This document shows, one piece after another, positions 29,401 to 41,800 of a stretch of 64,000 nucleotides of DNA (its first letter is position 1; every line of letters begins with the position of its first letter). The notes under the pieces were generated by a model, which had not been told where the DNA came from, made no database searches, and was given only the letters and a program-made list of their open reading frames with translations. The position numbers and the translations under genes were made by a program. Origin of the DNA: Phoronis australis (Eukaryota; Animalia; Phoronida); the NCBI GenBank assembly GCA_002633005.1, contig NMRA01000417.1, positions 262,158-326,157 of the forward strand, given 5' to 3'.

Positions 29401-29815
29401 GCTTGGTTGTCATTGTCTTCTGAGTACCAAGTACTATTTCTTGCGTTGAAATCCCCGTTGATAACAATTGTTTTATTAGTTTGTGATAGTTCTTGCAATT
29501 GTTCTGAAAAGGTCTTGAAATATGCTTTCTTTTCATGGGACGTCTAGGAAGGTGAGCGATAGAAAAAACATAATATACCTTCTTGTGGTTGACATAAAGT
29601 TCAATCCAACAGTTATTCATTGATTGTATAATTTTATCATCAATTGTTTTGTAATTTACGGAGTTGTGGACACACAATTTCAACCCCCTCCCTGCGTTAG
29701 TGTTGTATGCAAGGTTGTATTCTGGAATAATAAGTGCACTGAGGTTGTCTTCAGACAATGTTCCAGATTCACATATGGCTATGACCATGTAATTGCTTGA
29801 GAAATTAATCAATCC
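26452..29815 (-). mobile_element. CR1/L2-group LINE, 5'-truncated ORF2 (APE + RT), frameshifted
   Basis: APE motifs INGDFNA and SCLDLCITN; RT motifs [39 protein letters not shown]; AATAAA and A-tail at ~26452-26470. Confidence 0.92.
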
Positions 29816-29836
29816 AATTAGAATTGTCTTTCGTCA

Positions 29837-30628
29837 TCTCATCTTCCCTCAGCCAAGCCTTCAGGAAATCTAACCATATTAACCTGTATTGACAACTGGA
29901 ATTCCTTACCATCCCAAATAAAAGAAAGCACTTCAATTGTCACTCTAAAAAATAACTTTAAAATGCATATTACTACTCAAGAGTTGCCAGTCCCATTGAC
30001 ATTGTTCCAACTTCCTCGCAACCACGATATATTCCTTTACAGATCAAGATGCGGTCTATTCCTAAACAACGAGAAATTTAGACATAATTTTAATAATATT
30101 TCGCCTCTGTGTTGCTGTGGAGACGCACAGACAAATGCCCATGTTTTCTTTGCTTGTGAGGTATGCAAGGAGCAGAGGGTACAGCTTTTCCAGACACTCG
30201 AACAATACCCCAATATTTATAAAAAATATTCTGAAATTCCGCAATTGTACAACAAAATTAATTTTTTTTCTATATAGAAGTCAAGAACTCAACCCAAATG
30301 AAAATAAGGTTTTATTCGAAATAGTATCAAAATTTCTTTATAATATTAAATCTCTTTGGGTGAGTGGATAGAACTGTATAAATGTGTATGAAAATGATTT
30401 ATTTACTTTCGTAATCATATGTCAATGTAATCTTAACAACAGTTTTTTTTAATTTATGTATTTGTGTAAAATAACTGTATACAGATTTCTTTTTTATGTA
30501 TTTGTGTAAAATAATTGTATATAGATTTCTTTGTACTTTTTTAACCCCAATATAATGCCTCTTGGCGCTTTCTGGGTTATGTATATTCATTGTATCGAAG
30601 ATTTCGTAATAAACATTATAAAAAAAAA
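29837..30628 (+). mobile_element. Second 3' fragment of the same CR1/L2 family, in opposite orientation
   Basis: Homologous to 26452-27170 (QLPRNH..LYRSRC.LFLNNEKFRHNF...); ends AATAAACATTATAAAAAAAAAA. Confidence 0.9.
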
Positions 30629-31601
30629 ACGTCCAGGGACCATTCTTCAAAGACTAGGAGCATTTCTAGTGGTAGGTTGATTGAGGAAAGCAGAGGTCGA
30701 TGTTTCTGCTGAAGTGCCTTGATGAGGTGGTTAGGGCTCTGCCTCTTGATGCTGTTTTTGGTCGAGGAACTGATTCAATCCCAGGACGACAACCAGGGGA
30801 ATCACAAATTACTGAGAGAAGTCACAAGGGATTTACAAGTCATCAAGTCTCCTGTGCAAAGAATGTCGAAAATCCTTCAAAGATGTGGGTATCACGCAGA
30901 GATCAAAATGTTAAAAGGAAAAGAAAATCTCGATGCCGCTACTTGCATGACCGCTATTAAGCCACTGATGTTGAAAAGAGTCATTTTCCCTGGCGAAAAA
31001 GACTTTACCCTAGAAATCACTAAAAATCGTGTTTATGGAAACAAATACTAGAAATTCAGCCTTTTCGACTCTATCATGAGACTTCCAGATTTTCCAAACA
31101 AAAGTATTTTGGTTTCCGCTGGAGTATCTTGGGCAGGAAAAACAAATATTATTCCATTTATTGACACTGATAGAGCCAAAATTAATAGTCAACGTTACAT
31201 GCAGTTACTGAGCGAAATTCTTCTTCCGGATTGCAGGCGACTTTATCCTGGAAATAATTACATGTACGTGTTTCAGCAAGATGGGGTCCATCTCACACGA
31301 GCAAGAAAACCCAGCCTCACCTGGAGGAGGCCACACTAAAATTCATCAAAAAGGATGAGTATCCTCCGCTCAGTCCTGACTGCAATTCAATGGACTATGC
31401 CATATGGGACTCTCTGAAATGTGAACATAATTTCCACCCGGGTGAAAGTAATTTCCACCTAGGTTGAAATAATTTCCACCTAGTTGAAAAAGAAGAAATG
31501 AAATAATAATTTAATTAAAGTAATGATGATGCTTTTAAGCCACAGCACTCCGTTGCTGAGAAATTACTTGTCAAAACGCAGCTCACTTTTTGGGACACCT
31601 G
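30629..31601 (+). mobile_element. Tc1/mariner DD37D (maT-like) transposase pseudogene with right end
   Basis: IFPGEKDFTLE, VSAGVSWAGKT, FQQDG...PPLSPDCNSMDYAIWDSLK; 37 residues between the 2nd and 3rd D after correcting one frameshift; terminus CTCACTTTTTGGGACACCTG. Confidence 0.82.
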
Positions 31602-32686
31602 ATATAGACTGCCTCTTAACTACATCTGTGTATATGTTTGCGTATGCTCGTGTATGAGTGTGCCTGTGCTTGTGTATGAGTGTGCGTGCGTGTAAATGTG
31701 CAAGAATGGGTAGTATTTCTGTATAATGGTACAAAATATTTGTATATGGTTATTCACGCAGGACATAGTTTTAGGAGAAGCAGCTTCAGTCATTGCAAAG
31801 TGAGTACAGTTTTAGGAATGTGAAAACATAAACAATGAGTTGCTCTGACTGATTTGTAAAATAGAATCTAAGTGCAGGATTGTACCTACGAGACAAAAGG
31901 CCACTAAAACTGAGGGCGCGAATGCACAATTCGTAGCTTTGGACGTGGTACTCCGTTTTTAGTCCCCCGTTTTTTGTTAGTGAAAGGTCCACATTGTCAA
32001 AAATTCGAGCTCACTTATGTTTTAGGCTGGGTGCGTGCATGTTATTAGCGAAATTTAACCATAAAGTTTCTAAGAGATCTCCTGAACGAGACACTTTTAT
32101 TGGTATATTGTTTCGGCTGTGATGGTAGAAACAGTTCTATAATGCAAATTCAAAATAGTAAAACTTTTAGGTGAAAGTGAGAAATAATTTGACACAAACA
32201 GTTTTCTCCATCTTCAGTGTCAAAACATATGTATTTCGTGTTGCTGTTTCCAAATCCATGTTCTATTGTTCTCAAATATAATTAGCTACATCAACATAAT
32301 ACTATCGTCTTCAGATTTTAGTGTTTTGCTTGTAGGATTTCGTAAATGTGGTGTCCTTGAGAATAATTTCACTTCCAGGTGTGGAGATGGTTTCAAGTGT
32401 CGATTTGTCGAGTGGATATCAAAACTCTGATTATGCGGCCGACATGTCGAGGAAATAGAAAAATCAGATTTTTTGACAATTGAGCCAAGCAAACAGCAAA
32501 AATCGGCTTATTTAGAAAACTTGTTGGGCAAATCACGCCACACCGATGACATTAGACTGGAGGTGAATAGAAATGGTTGCACTTTTGACCTGATGACGAC
32601 CCCGATCGTCATATCCATGGAAAAGCGAAAGCGTAGTGAACACAATACCAAGCCGGGCAAATGATCTACCGAGAGCCAAGGTCACG

Positions 32687-32841
32687 ATGACATCGCATCC
32701 GTATTCAGCCAAGAAGTATGCCGAAACTTTCCGCCAACCTAAGTTGGATCAAGAATTTACGAAGGGTCGTCTACAAGGAAAGGTAGCAATAGTGACGGGT
32801 GGTAACTACGGAATTGGCCGAGCCATCGTGGAAAGATTCAG
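32687..32841 (+). CDS. SDR exon 1 (Rossmann motif TGGNYGIG)
   Basis: MTSHPYSAKK...RLQGKVAIVTGGNYGIGRAIVERF; cag|gtatgc donor. Confidence 0.88.
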
Positions 32842-35800
32842 GTATGCATATTACTAGCATGCACAAAAAGGTGAATGCCAGCGAGGTGGATTCTCGGCGC
32901 ACAAATAAACTAATAGACATTGTCTTACATCTCCTGATAGCTGAGTGAAATGTCTCATTGAGGTTCTCAGTGCTTCCATGTACCAGTGACAAACATGTAG
33001 GCATATATCTTACCAGAGTGGTTTATCATAAAAAGAACACCCCTTACAAAGCAAAAACTGGTGAAAATGGAGGATATTCTGTAAACGGAATCCTTTTGTA
33101 TGTTTAAATTTATTCTACTCAGGGTTTTGAGTCGCGCTTTCGGGAAGTTAGAAATCGGGAGTGTCGGGAACAACTGCGGGCTTAGGTGTCCGGATGCTTG
33201 CACATTGAACAACTCCTTAACAATGCATTGATAAGGCGACGAACTTAATATCTGCTATGTGTTTACGCTCTAGTTACGCTGACCCCTAGCCCAGACAGCA
33301 TGAGATATAAATGTTGTTTTTGAATTGCTCTTGCCAATGCTGTATGCGTCCGGGTCACCGTGACAAATAACGAGTATAGACGTTGTTTAGTTCATATTGC
33401 CAACGAGTGCCTGACGAAGACGGATTTTTGAGAAACAGAACGAGTTTACCTAGGGGATTGTTCTGAAACCTCCTAGACCCCCACACTCCTCGACCCACGA
33501 CTCTCGACCCACGACCCACAACCCTCTCGACCCAGTCTGTACACAAGCTCGAATCGATCTGAACATAGAACAAGAGCCGACTTGTAGGACCAATGACTTG
33601 GGCTGTGAGCTCGGCTGGTTTTTCCCTGTTTTTGTAGATAAGGCAGTCTATTCGGCAAGTTTAAAAGCCAAAAACAGAAAAAAACAACAACGCGACCAAA
33701 TCAAATCAAAGACCTACACGTACCAACCTTACAAATGTCGTTCCCGGCAGACTCGTCAGGTCTTCAGTGAATTGCAGAGTGCGAGGAACCGACAACACTG
33801 TAATTTCACCAGTAAATACAGTTTGAAAAAACAAACTCTTAGCTAAAAAGATTTTGAACATCGTTATATCAGTGGCGGATCTACGGGAGGGGGTTCAGGG
33901 GGTTTAAACCCCCCCCTCGGGCCAGGACCCAAAATTAAAAAAAAAGTCTCCAGCAAAACAAAAACGGCAACGCCAGCGTGTGTAAATCCCAAGTAAACCA
34001 ACTTGGAAAAAATGAGGGGGGGAGTTCAGTCTGAAAATATGTTTTTTTTTTGCATTGTGAATTGCTGTTATGAAAATCATCGCATTTCCAGTCTTCATGG
34101 CTCATCTGCAAAACCCCGGAGATCAAATGTGCGCGCGCTTCCGTCGACACTTCTGAAGTAGACTAGTAAACCATTTTAGATGGATCCACCGCTGAAAGAG
34201 CAGCTCTATAGTTGATTTCTTTAGGTAACTAGTTTCTTTACTCTAAGATATGTTTTGATTTGATTAGGGGAAATACTGTGGTGCCGCAACCCTGATATTC
34301 AGGCGAATTGACGTGCAACGTGTTTACCTCATCTGTCATGCCGTGTCATCCTGTTACACCCCACACGTTTGTAACTGGTGTACAATAAAGTTGTCTTGAG
34401 CAATATCATGCAGTGTACATGTACATGTAATATTTTTGAAAACAATTCTTTTTCCGAAGAATTCTATTGTGGCAGGCGCCGTGGTCTGGTCGCGAGTCCG
34501 TTTGAAGATACACTCTAACAAGTTATGTCTATACAAGGAATGACCAAGGGGGCACTCACATTGACAAAGTGACCGCATTCGCGAACAATGTTCAGTACCA
34601 GAAATTTGCTGGGAGGCTGCATTTTCACAACAAAGTCTTGTGGGACTCGTGTGATGTTCAATAGGCCTCCTAAGGAGTCCGAAGTGCCGTCATCAACACC
34701 TACCGTCTTTCTACCTGCAATAAGCACCACTGCCATTTTCTATACTGGGAATTTCCGCAGAAAGGCTCACCCGACGAAACGCCCATGCCCATGGACATTT
34801 ATTTGATGTTAGTTCTTCGGGTTTCAAGCGTTCAGACATTGGGACGTTTATTTCGAAAATTGCAAGAGATGCAAATGGGTCCTGGGATACATCGTCAAGG
34901 TTTGAAGTAGTCCGTGATGAACGGATCAAATTTAGTTGCGCATGCTGTAAGTCTTTTGAATGGACTTGGTAACCTCAGGGGGCTTAGTGCCAACTGAGCT
35001 GCGAAACGAGATGCTGACATTGTAGAGGCGTACAAGCTCATTGACAGAGCAGTTGACGAAGTGCAAGTGTTGGGAACAAACATCAAATATGTCTGGGTAG
35101 AATGGTTCCAAGACGAGCAAACCATTGGATCTGATATACAGATTCCTCGGCAGCCTAGACAACAGAAAGATAGGACCAACGTTCCTGGAGAAACACTCAC
35201 TGACAGGTAATAAGTTATATAATTCTACACAGTTTGTAATAATGTCGGTTTTTTATGCTTGTGTACAATGAAAACGAAATAGAAATTATTTTTGGACATG
35301 CCAAATTTACCCAGTACAGCACAGGGTCTACGAGCGCACAGAAACTTACTGATTCTGGTTTGTATTTCCACTTGAGTCTATCTGCTTCATATCCAAAATC
35401 TATTTCGCATAGTGCGTAGTTAAATCTGTACTCAATACTTGTTTCTTCCAGGGAGTACCGGGTACTACAGAACGGTGCGAAAACCCTTCCTAGACAACCT
35501 CTCGCAGATGTGTAAACTACACGTATGAGCAACCACTGGGGATTAAAAAGTGTCTAGATAGAAGTTTTCAATTCAAATTTTTTTGCAAAGTACTCTGTAG
35601 GTCTCGTGACGGTGCACACGATGTTTTGGTTTCGTGAAACTGTTTTCAGATGATTTGTTTCCTTATACATTTGACGTTTTTCAATTGTTGTCAACGTGAT
35701 TCAGCTTAATAAAGTGATATCTAATTATTTATTGTCGCTTTTAATAATAGGCTATGAGTTGAGAGCACCATCGTTCGTCAGTTTTTCTCGTAACGAGACA

Positions 35801-38800
35801 GAACACATGTTTATTTCCGGACTAACAGTACAGGTCTTCGTTCTTAAACAGCTTGAGGCTGTTGCGATCATCTGATATTCAAGATTTTACCCCCCGTCGG
35901 TGCTCCTTATGCTCTTAAATATTTGGTAGTTGTCTAAACCCCTGTATACACACCACACTTTTTCGTATGCTAAAAAGGTGTGTGTAAGTCGATGTTCCAA
36001 CAAAAATTTTTGTTGGTGGCGTGACTCATACCCAAATGTGTACAAATATGGTTTCACGAAACTTGTGTGCCAAGTTCATGTGACGAAATCGAGAAGGGTT
36101 AATTAATTATCTTAAGAAAAACTCCAGGGACATGTTAAGTGCCAGAAACGTACCAGGATGCATGGAAATTTCACTGTTTGGCTGCAAAAACAAAAAGTTG
36201 TCTTACACGGGAGGGGATTTATCCAACCTCCCTCCCGCTCGGCGCCACGCGCCTCGGATTCGACCTTTGCGGGAATCCTAAACCCCCCCTTACTGAAAAC
36301 GTAGATCCGCCACTGTATATGGAGTATATTGTAAACGAGTATACAACGTAAAGCAAATAATAAAAGTATGAAAGTATGTACATTCACCACGCGCGCACCC
36401 AGCCTAAAATATAGGGGGGTGCTCGAATTCTTCGCTATGCGGAATTTTTACTGAAAAAAATCAACGAGGACTAAGAAAAAAGGTTCAGGCCTGCCAATCG
36501 TGCATCCGCGCCGAATTCCTGTGGACTTTGTGGACTTTTGTCTCGTTAACTCGGACTTTTTGTTTCACTGAGGCGGACCTTTTTGCCCAATTCGCTAAAT
36601 TGGGGGGGCTTGTTGGGGGGTTCGTTCGATGGGTGCGCCCATGTTCACGTTAAGATAGTCTTCCCCTACGTTTATTAGAACTGGGCCATTGCTAGCCGCT
36701 AGTGGAACTATTTCCATAACAATGATAGCGCCTCACAATGTGCACAAGACCACCGGCGTTCACACTCCACTTTGTTTTTTACAGTAATCACCAGACTTCA
36801 GCCAGAGCAGACTCGCGTGTAGGTATGTCTTATGGGAAAGTCACCCAGCGGCGTAATAAGATTATGACATATGGAAAAGCGCACAGATACCTCTATTGCC
36901 ACAAGTGGTGGGTCGAGGGGGTCGTGGGTCCTGGATCGTGAGGGTTGTGGGTCGAGGGGTCGTGGTTCGAGGGGGTTGAGAGGTGTGGGGGTCGAGGGGG
37001 TTTCAGAACAATCCTTATAAGGACTATAGTATGGCTGATCAATAACTGTTGCTAAAATGCATTTCGCCCTCCTGGCGAAAACAAAAATCTGATTAGGGTC
37101 TACTCTCATAAGTTCGCTCATAAAGTCCTATCACGGTATAGAATGTTATGATACTAATTTTATGAGAGTTTACATCGAGTTTCGTTCTATGCTAACTTGA
37201 CAAGGCTCACACCAATATTTAACTTTTTGTTTGCATTAAAAATCTGGCTACTTCAATCGTAAGAACTAAAGCGGCTAGATATAGTAAAACTGTTACATTT
37301 TCCGAATCTACTGCCTGTGAACTACTAACTGAAATTCCACGTAGCACAAACTCGACAATCATGATCAGGTCTAGAAAAATCAAATACCAATACACCATCT
37401 TTCCCTTATAAAAGTACCCCGCAAAACAAGCTTCATTGAAGGGACGAACAGTAAGTGTACATGTACGAGACAAGGCGAAGTCGACCTCGATAACATAATA
37501 GTCGATCCCATTTGCAGACATGAAAAGCATCAACTGCAATGACGAAACACAGCAGATTAGAAGTCGATGACGATTTTGAGCGAGACTGAACTGGAAATTA
37601 TTATGCAGGTAGAGAGGAGAACTTGAAAAATCGGACAAGAATTCGATTTCCCACTTAGCGAACTTTCCGGTCAGCTTTGATGCCGTATGAACTTGACCCA
37701 CATGCACGAGAAATGATGCTGACAAATGTGAGCCACAACCAACTGAACCAAGTGGTCAATATTCACGAAATAGACACTTAATAAGCACTGGCCAAAGGCC
37801 ACAGTAAACCTGGGTCACTAGTATTCATTATTGCCATGATGGAATGAGCACGGTTGAAACACAGCCTACTAGTGTCGAAGCACTCGATTTGGGCTAGGTC
37901 GAGGGCTTGACATCACTCGCCCTAGAATGAAAGGCGTTTGTTCTTTATTTATAAAAATTGTAAATACATTTAAGGTTGCGAGTCTTTCATCGTAACACCG
38001 CTTTTGTGTTTGGTCGAAAAATGATTTTGATAAATGTGCCGAACAAAGTGTGGCTCCAGACTGAATCACGTGCCCCACACTGACATTCTCTACAAAACAT
38101 GCACCTTTCATGTCTGAAAAAGGCGTCTCTCTGCGTAATTTCCTCACAACTCCTTAATATCGCTCTGGTAACAAGTTTTTAATAAGCACAACCCTAGAAA
38201 TCACTTTGGCATTATGTCCAGGTTCTCATTCATTCCCTTGCATACCATGAACGTTGCTCCCAACTTGTTCGATTGTATAGCCCAACAACAAGTTGGGAAG
38301 TTTAACCCCGTAGCCAGTTAACTCCATTCTGGCGTTGATGGTTGGAGGGCCTGTGCTCTTTTGTTTGATAATTGCTCTAATCTCCGATCAGATCGTATCT
38401 AGCCTGACTGGGGTGGGCTGATAAAAAAGAAAGTTAAGTTTAAGCCAGATGTTATCGCACGTTCAGCACCCCTCACGTCTGGAAAAGTTACTGAACGACA
38501 GGACGCTGTAATGATTCACGAGTAAAAAGTCAACGGCAGAGACGGTTTTCAACCCGTTACATACAAGCCTAATAACAAAAAACATTCTTTTTAAATTTTA
38601 GGTTTGTTGCTCAGCAACAGGTANAGTATGAGTGTCAGATTTGAGTACGTTTGGAGTCTACTCGAAATCTGACATTAGATACGCTTTTTTGAGTACGACT
38701 CCAGTGAGCACGATTTTGAGTATGAAATCTCGAGTATGAGTATGAGTCTGAGTACGGAGATTGGAGACCGGGCCCGGATGTTATCGCACGTTCAGCACCC

Positions 38801-41800
38801 CTCACGTCTGGAAAAGTTACTGAACGACAGGACGCTGTAATGATTCACGAGTAAAAAGTCAACGGCAGAGACGGTTTTCAACCCGTTACATACAAGCCTA
38901 ATAACAAAAAACATTCTTTTTAAATTTTAGGTTTGTTGCTCAGCAACAGGTATACTAAACTTAACCTATTAGCTTTCTTAGGATGTATTAATGCAATTCT
39001 TTGTGAGATACAGGGTCATAGTGGGAACTTTAAATAGGTTGAAAGTCGACTGCCGTACACATCACACTCGAATTGCACGTCAAACATTTACTCGAACATA
39101 AAGCCGAACATAAAGCGGATGTCGCAGGTAAACTGGCGGACACCAGAAAACTCGAAAGTGATACAAATTGCCACTAGTTGGCGTAGATACACAAAACGTA
39201 CCGAGAGAGGTGTAGGTGATCAGTAATGTCTCACGAGACATTTTCTGCATATCAACCGATACCGAAGGTCGTGGTCGATACGCGGAATAAAGTCGAATTC
39301 CTAAGTTTCTTTAATTTTTCGGCAGATTTTTTAAATACTTCACTCAGACTGTTTACGTGGCGGATCAAATCCTGTATGTATGCACTTGCACGTTAGGTTG
39401 CAATTATTCTCTAGTAAAAAAACAGTTTCAAATGTAACGATTTATTACTTGAAAAGAGATAACACAGATGACAACAACGGTAATTCTGCATTGAACTTGT
39501 GACATTTTCTGAAAACAGTTAAATGAAAATATTCGATATTGTAGTACCCGAGGAGTCGGCGCCTGAGTTGCAGACCCCAGCTATAATATTTAGCAACGGA
39601 AACTGAGGCAGAAGTCTCATGTAATTAACAGTTTTGTACCAGATGTTACGTTTGGGACCTGATTGCATGTTGACTAGTGTTATTCATACTGTTGCAATTA
39701 TATTACTTCAAACTATTTTGGGAAAGTTAGACGATCGAATCGGCTAACCACGTCGAGTCGACATTGACCTACCTTTTGAACTTTCCACATCAGAGGGCAC
39801 TGTTGACGTAGTGCGGGAGGGTAATCAGAGACCGTAGAGTGGGAAACAAACCACCTAGAGAAATCCCATTGGACGGCCACTGGCGGCCATTGTTGTTGCA
39901 TGGACCGTAGAGACGTCTAGCTGACGTGTGCAATAAACAAATATGGCAAGACATGACAGCTCCAGTCGGTAAAAAGCAATGGTGCTTTTTGCAATACCTG
40001 CGTCTGCAGCAACAGTGCACTGAAATTTCAATAATTAATTGTTAATTAATTGATATTAACACCTGGAATTTTGGGGAAAGAAAGCTATTTTCGCCCCCCA
40101 AACTTTTGGTTGAGGGCCGCACCCCGTTTTTGCTACTACCTCTTCTTCAGCAGGTGTGTCTTATGTTTATTACTTCCCTGACCTCCATGGACAAAATCGT
40201 ACATGTTCTGTACTCCATGATAGCAAGTAACAGCATATGTTCACGAAAACAACAACAGATTTAAAACTTGACATGTTTCGGTGTCATTTATTAAACACCA
40301 TCCTCAGAAGTCATAATACAGTGGCCACCTAGCTAGGCCCAGCAACAAGTAATGAAGCACAGATACAGTCAGTTACAGGGAGTGACAATGAACTATACCA
40401 ACAATGACAACCTGTGGTGTGTCAGTTGCCTATTGAGATTGGGCTTGCACCAACTGATATGTAAAGCCTCACGAATTTTAAGCTCCTTTGTTGTTACTGC
40501 CTGGTCTATTATTGCAAAGTCATTGAAAGAGCACTGCTGATNNNNNNNNNNNNNNNNNNNNNNNNNNNNNNNNNNNNNNNNNNNNNNNNNNNNNNNNNNN
40601 NNNNNNNNNNNNNNNNNNNNNNNNNNNNNNNNNNNNNNNNNNNNNNNNNNNNNNNNNNNNNNNNNNNNNNNNNNNNNNNNNNNNNNNNNNNNNNNNNNNN
40701 NNNNNNNNNNNNNNNNNNNNNNNNNNNNNNNNNNNNNNNTTATCAGCAGTGCTCTTTCAATGACTTTGCAATAATAGACCAGGCAGTAACAACAAAGGAG
40801 CTTAAAATTCGTGAGGCTTTACATATCAGTTGGTGCAAGCCCAATCTCAATAGGCAACTGACACACCACAGGTTGTCATTGTTGGTATAGTTCATTGTCA
40901 CTCCCTGTAACTGACTGTATCTGTGCTTCATTACTTGTTGCTGGGCCTAGCTAGGTGGCCACTGTATTATGACTTCTGAGGATGGTGTTTAATAAATGAC
41001 ACCGAAACATGTCAAGTTTTAAATCCGTTGTTGTTTTCGTGAACATGTTCTGTACCTGGTCACCCTCCAATCACCTATTTTCACCTGTTTACCTCTGACT
41101 ACTGAGTCACATTCTTGCTTATGATGTATTTATTACCTTTACTGCCCAAGTTTTTCTTGATATACTCTAGATTTTGCCTATGTGTATTTTCCATGGCACT
41201 GCTCATGCTTTTTTGTTCTCAATATTTTAAGCAAAGACACTTCACAATTTTGAGTTTGACAAACTGAAATCGGCCGTAGTCAAGGCGGCGGCCTTTGTGA
41301 AAAGTCTTGTTAACGTCTTTGGGGTAATACGGATAACAATATCGCATGGTTGTATTGCACGCGACTGATTCAACGCTTACGGGAAAATGCATCGAATCCT
41401 TTCGAAAATAAATAGGCATCGTCGCCTTCTTAACAGAGAAGCTATTTGACATTTTTCATGAAAAACCATCGATGAACTTCGAACATGCAATGGTAAACGT
41501 AAAAATAATGAAATATCTCAGAAGCAGTCGGGTCAGTCTTGAAGCTCGTTGTCATCCGTTGTCAGCCCCATAAGTACGCCTTTGCCGAATTTCACAAAGA
41601 TCGTGCAAAACGTCAAGGTGATACAGCGACAGGCAAAAATAAGGGACATAAGAGTAGCTGAGCCCCTTAGAAAACGAATGTGCTGAATGTGGACGATCAT
41701 TTGACCAGGAACACGTCTCTCAATGTTCAGAATGATGCTTTGACCAGTCTGGCGGACACCAAAAAACGCAATCTTAGAATTTGTTGCACATTTATGCAGC

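Larger units (their letters stand above)
33455..37014. mobile_element. TIR element with subterminal TCGACCC tandem repeats, enclosing nested hAT elements
   Basis: GGATTGTTCTGAAACC.CCT.GACCCCCACAC inverted at both ends; TSD unclear. Confidence 0.6.

Noticed and set aside
31425-31490. Three ~21-bp TAATTTCCACC..G(G/T)TGAAA units
   Set aside because: A short tandem inside a decayed Tc1 element with no evidence of function
37219-37725. 168-aa minus-strand ORF
   Set aside because: No recognisable motif, non-ATG start, intronic and TE-rich context
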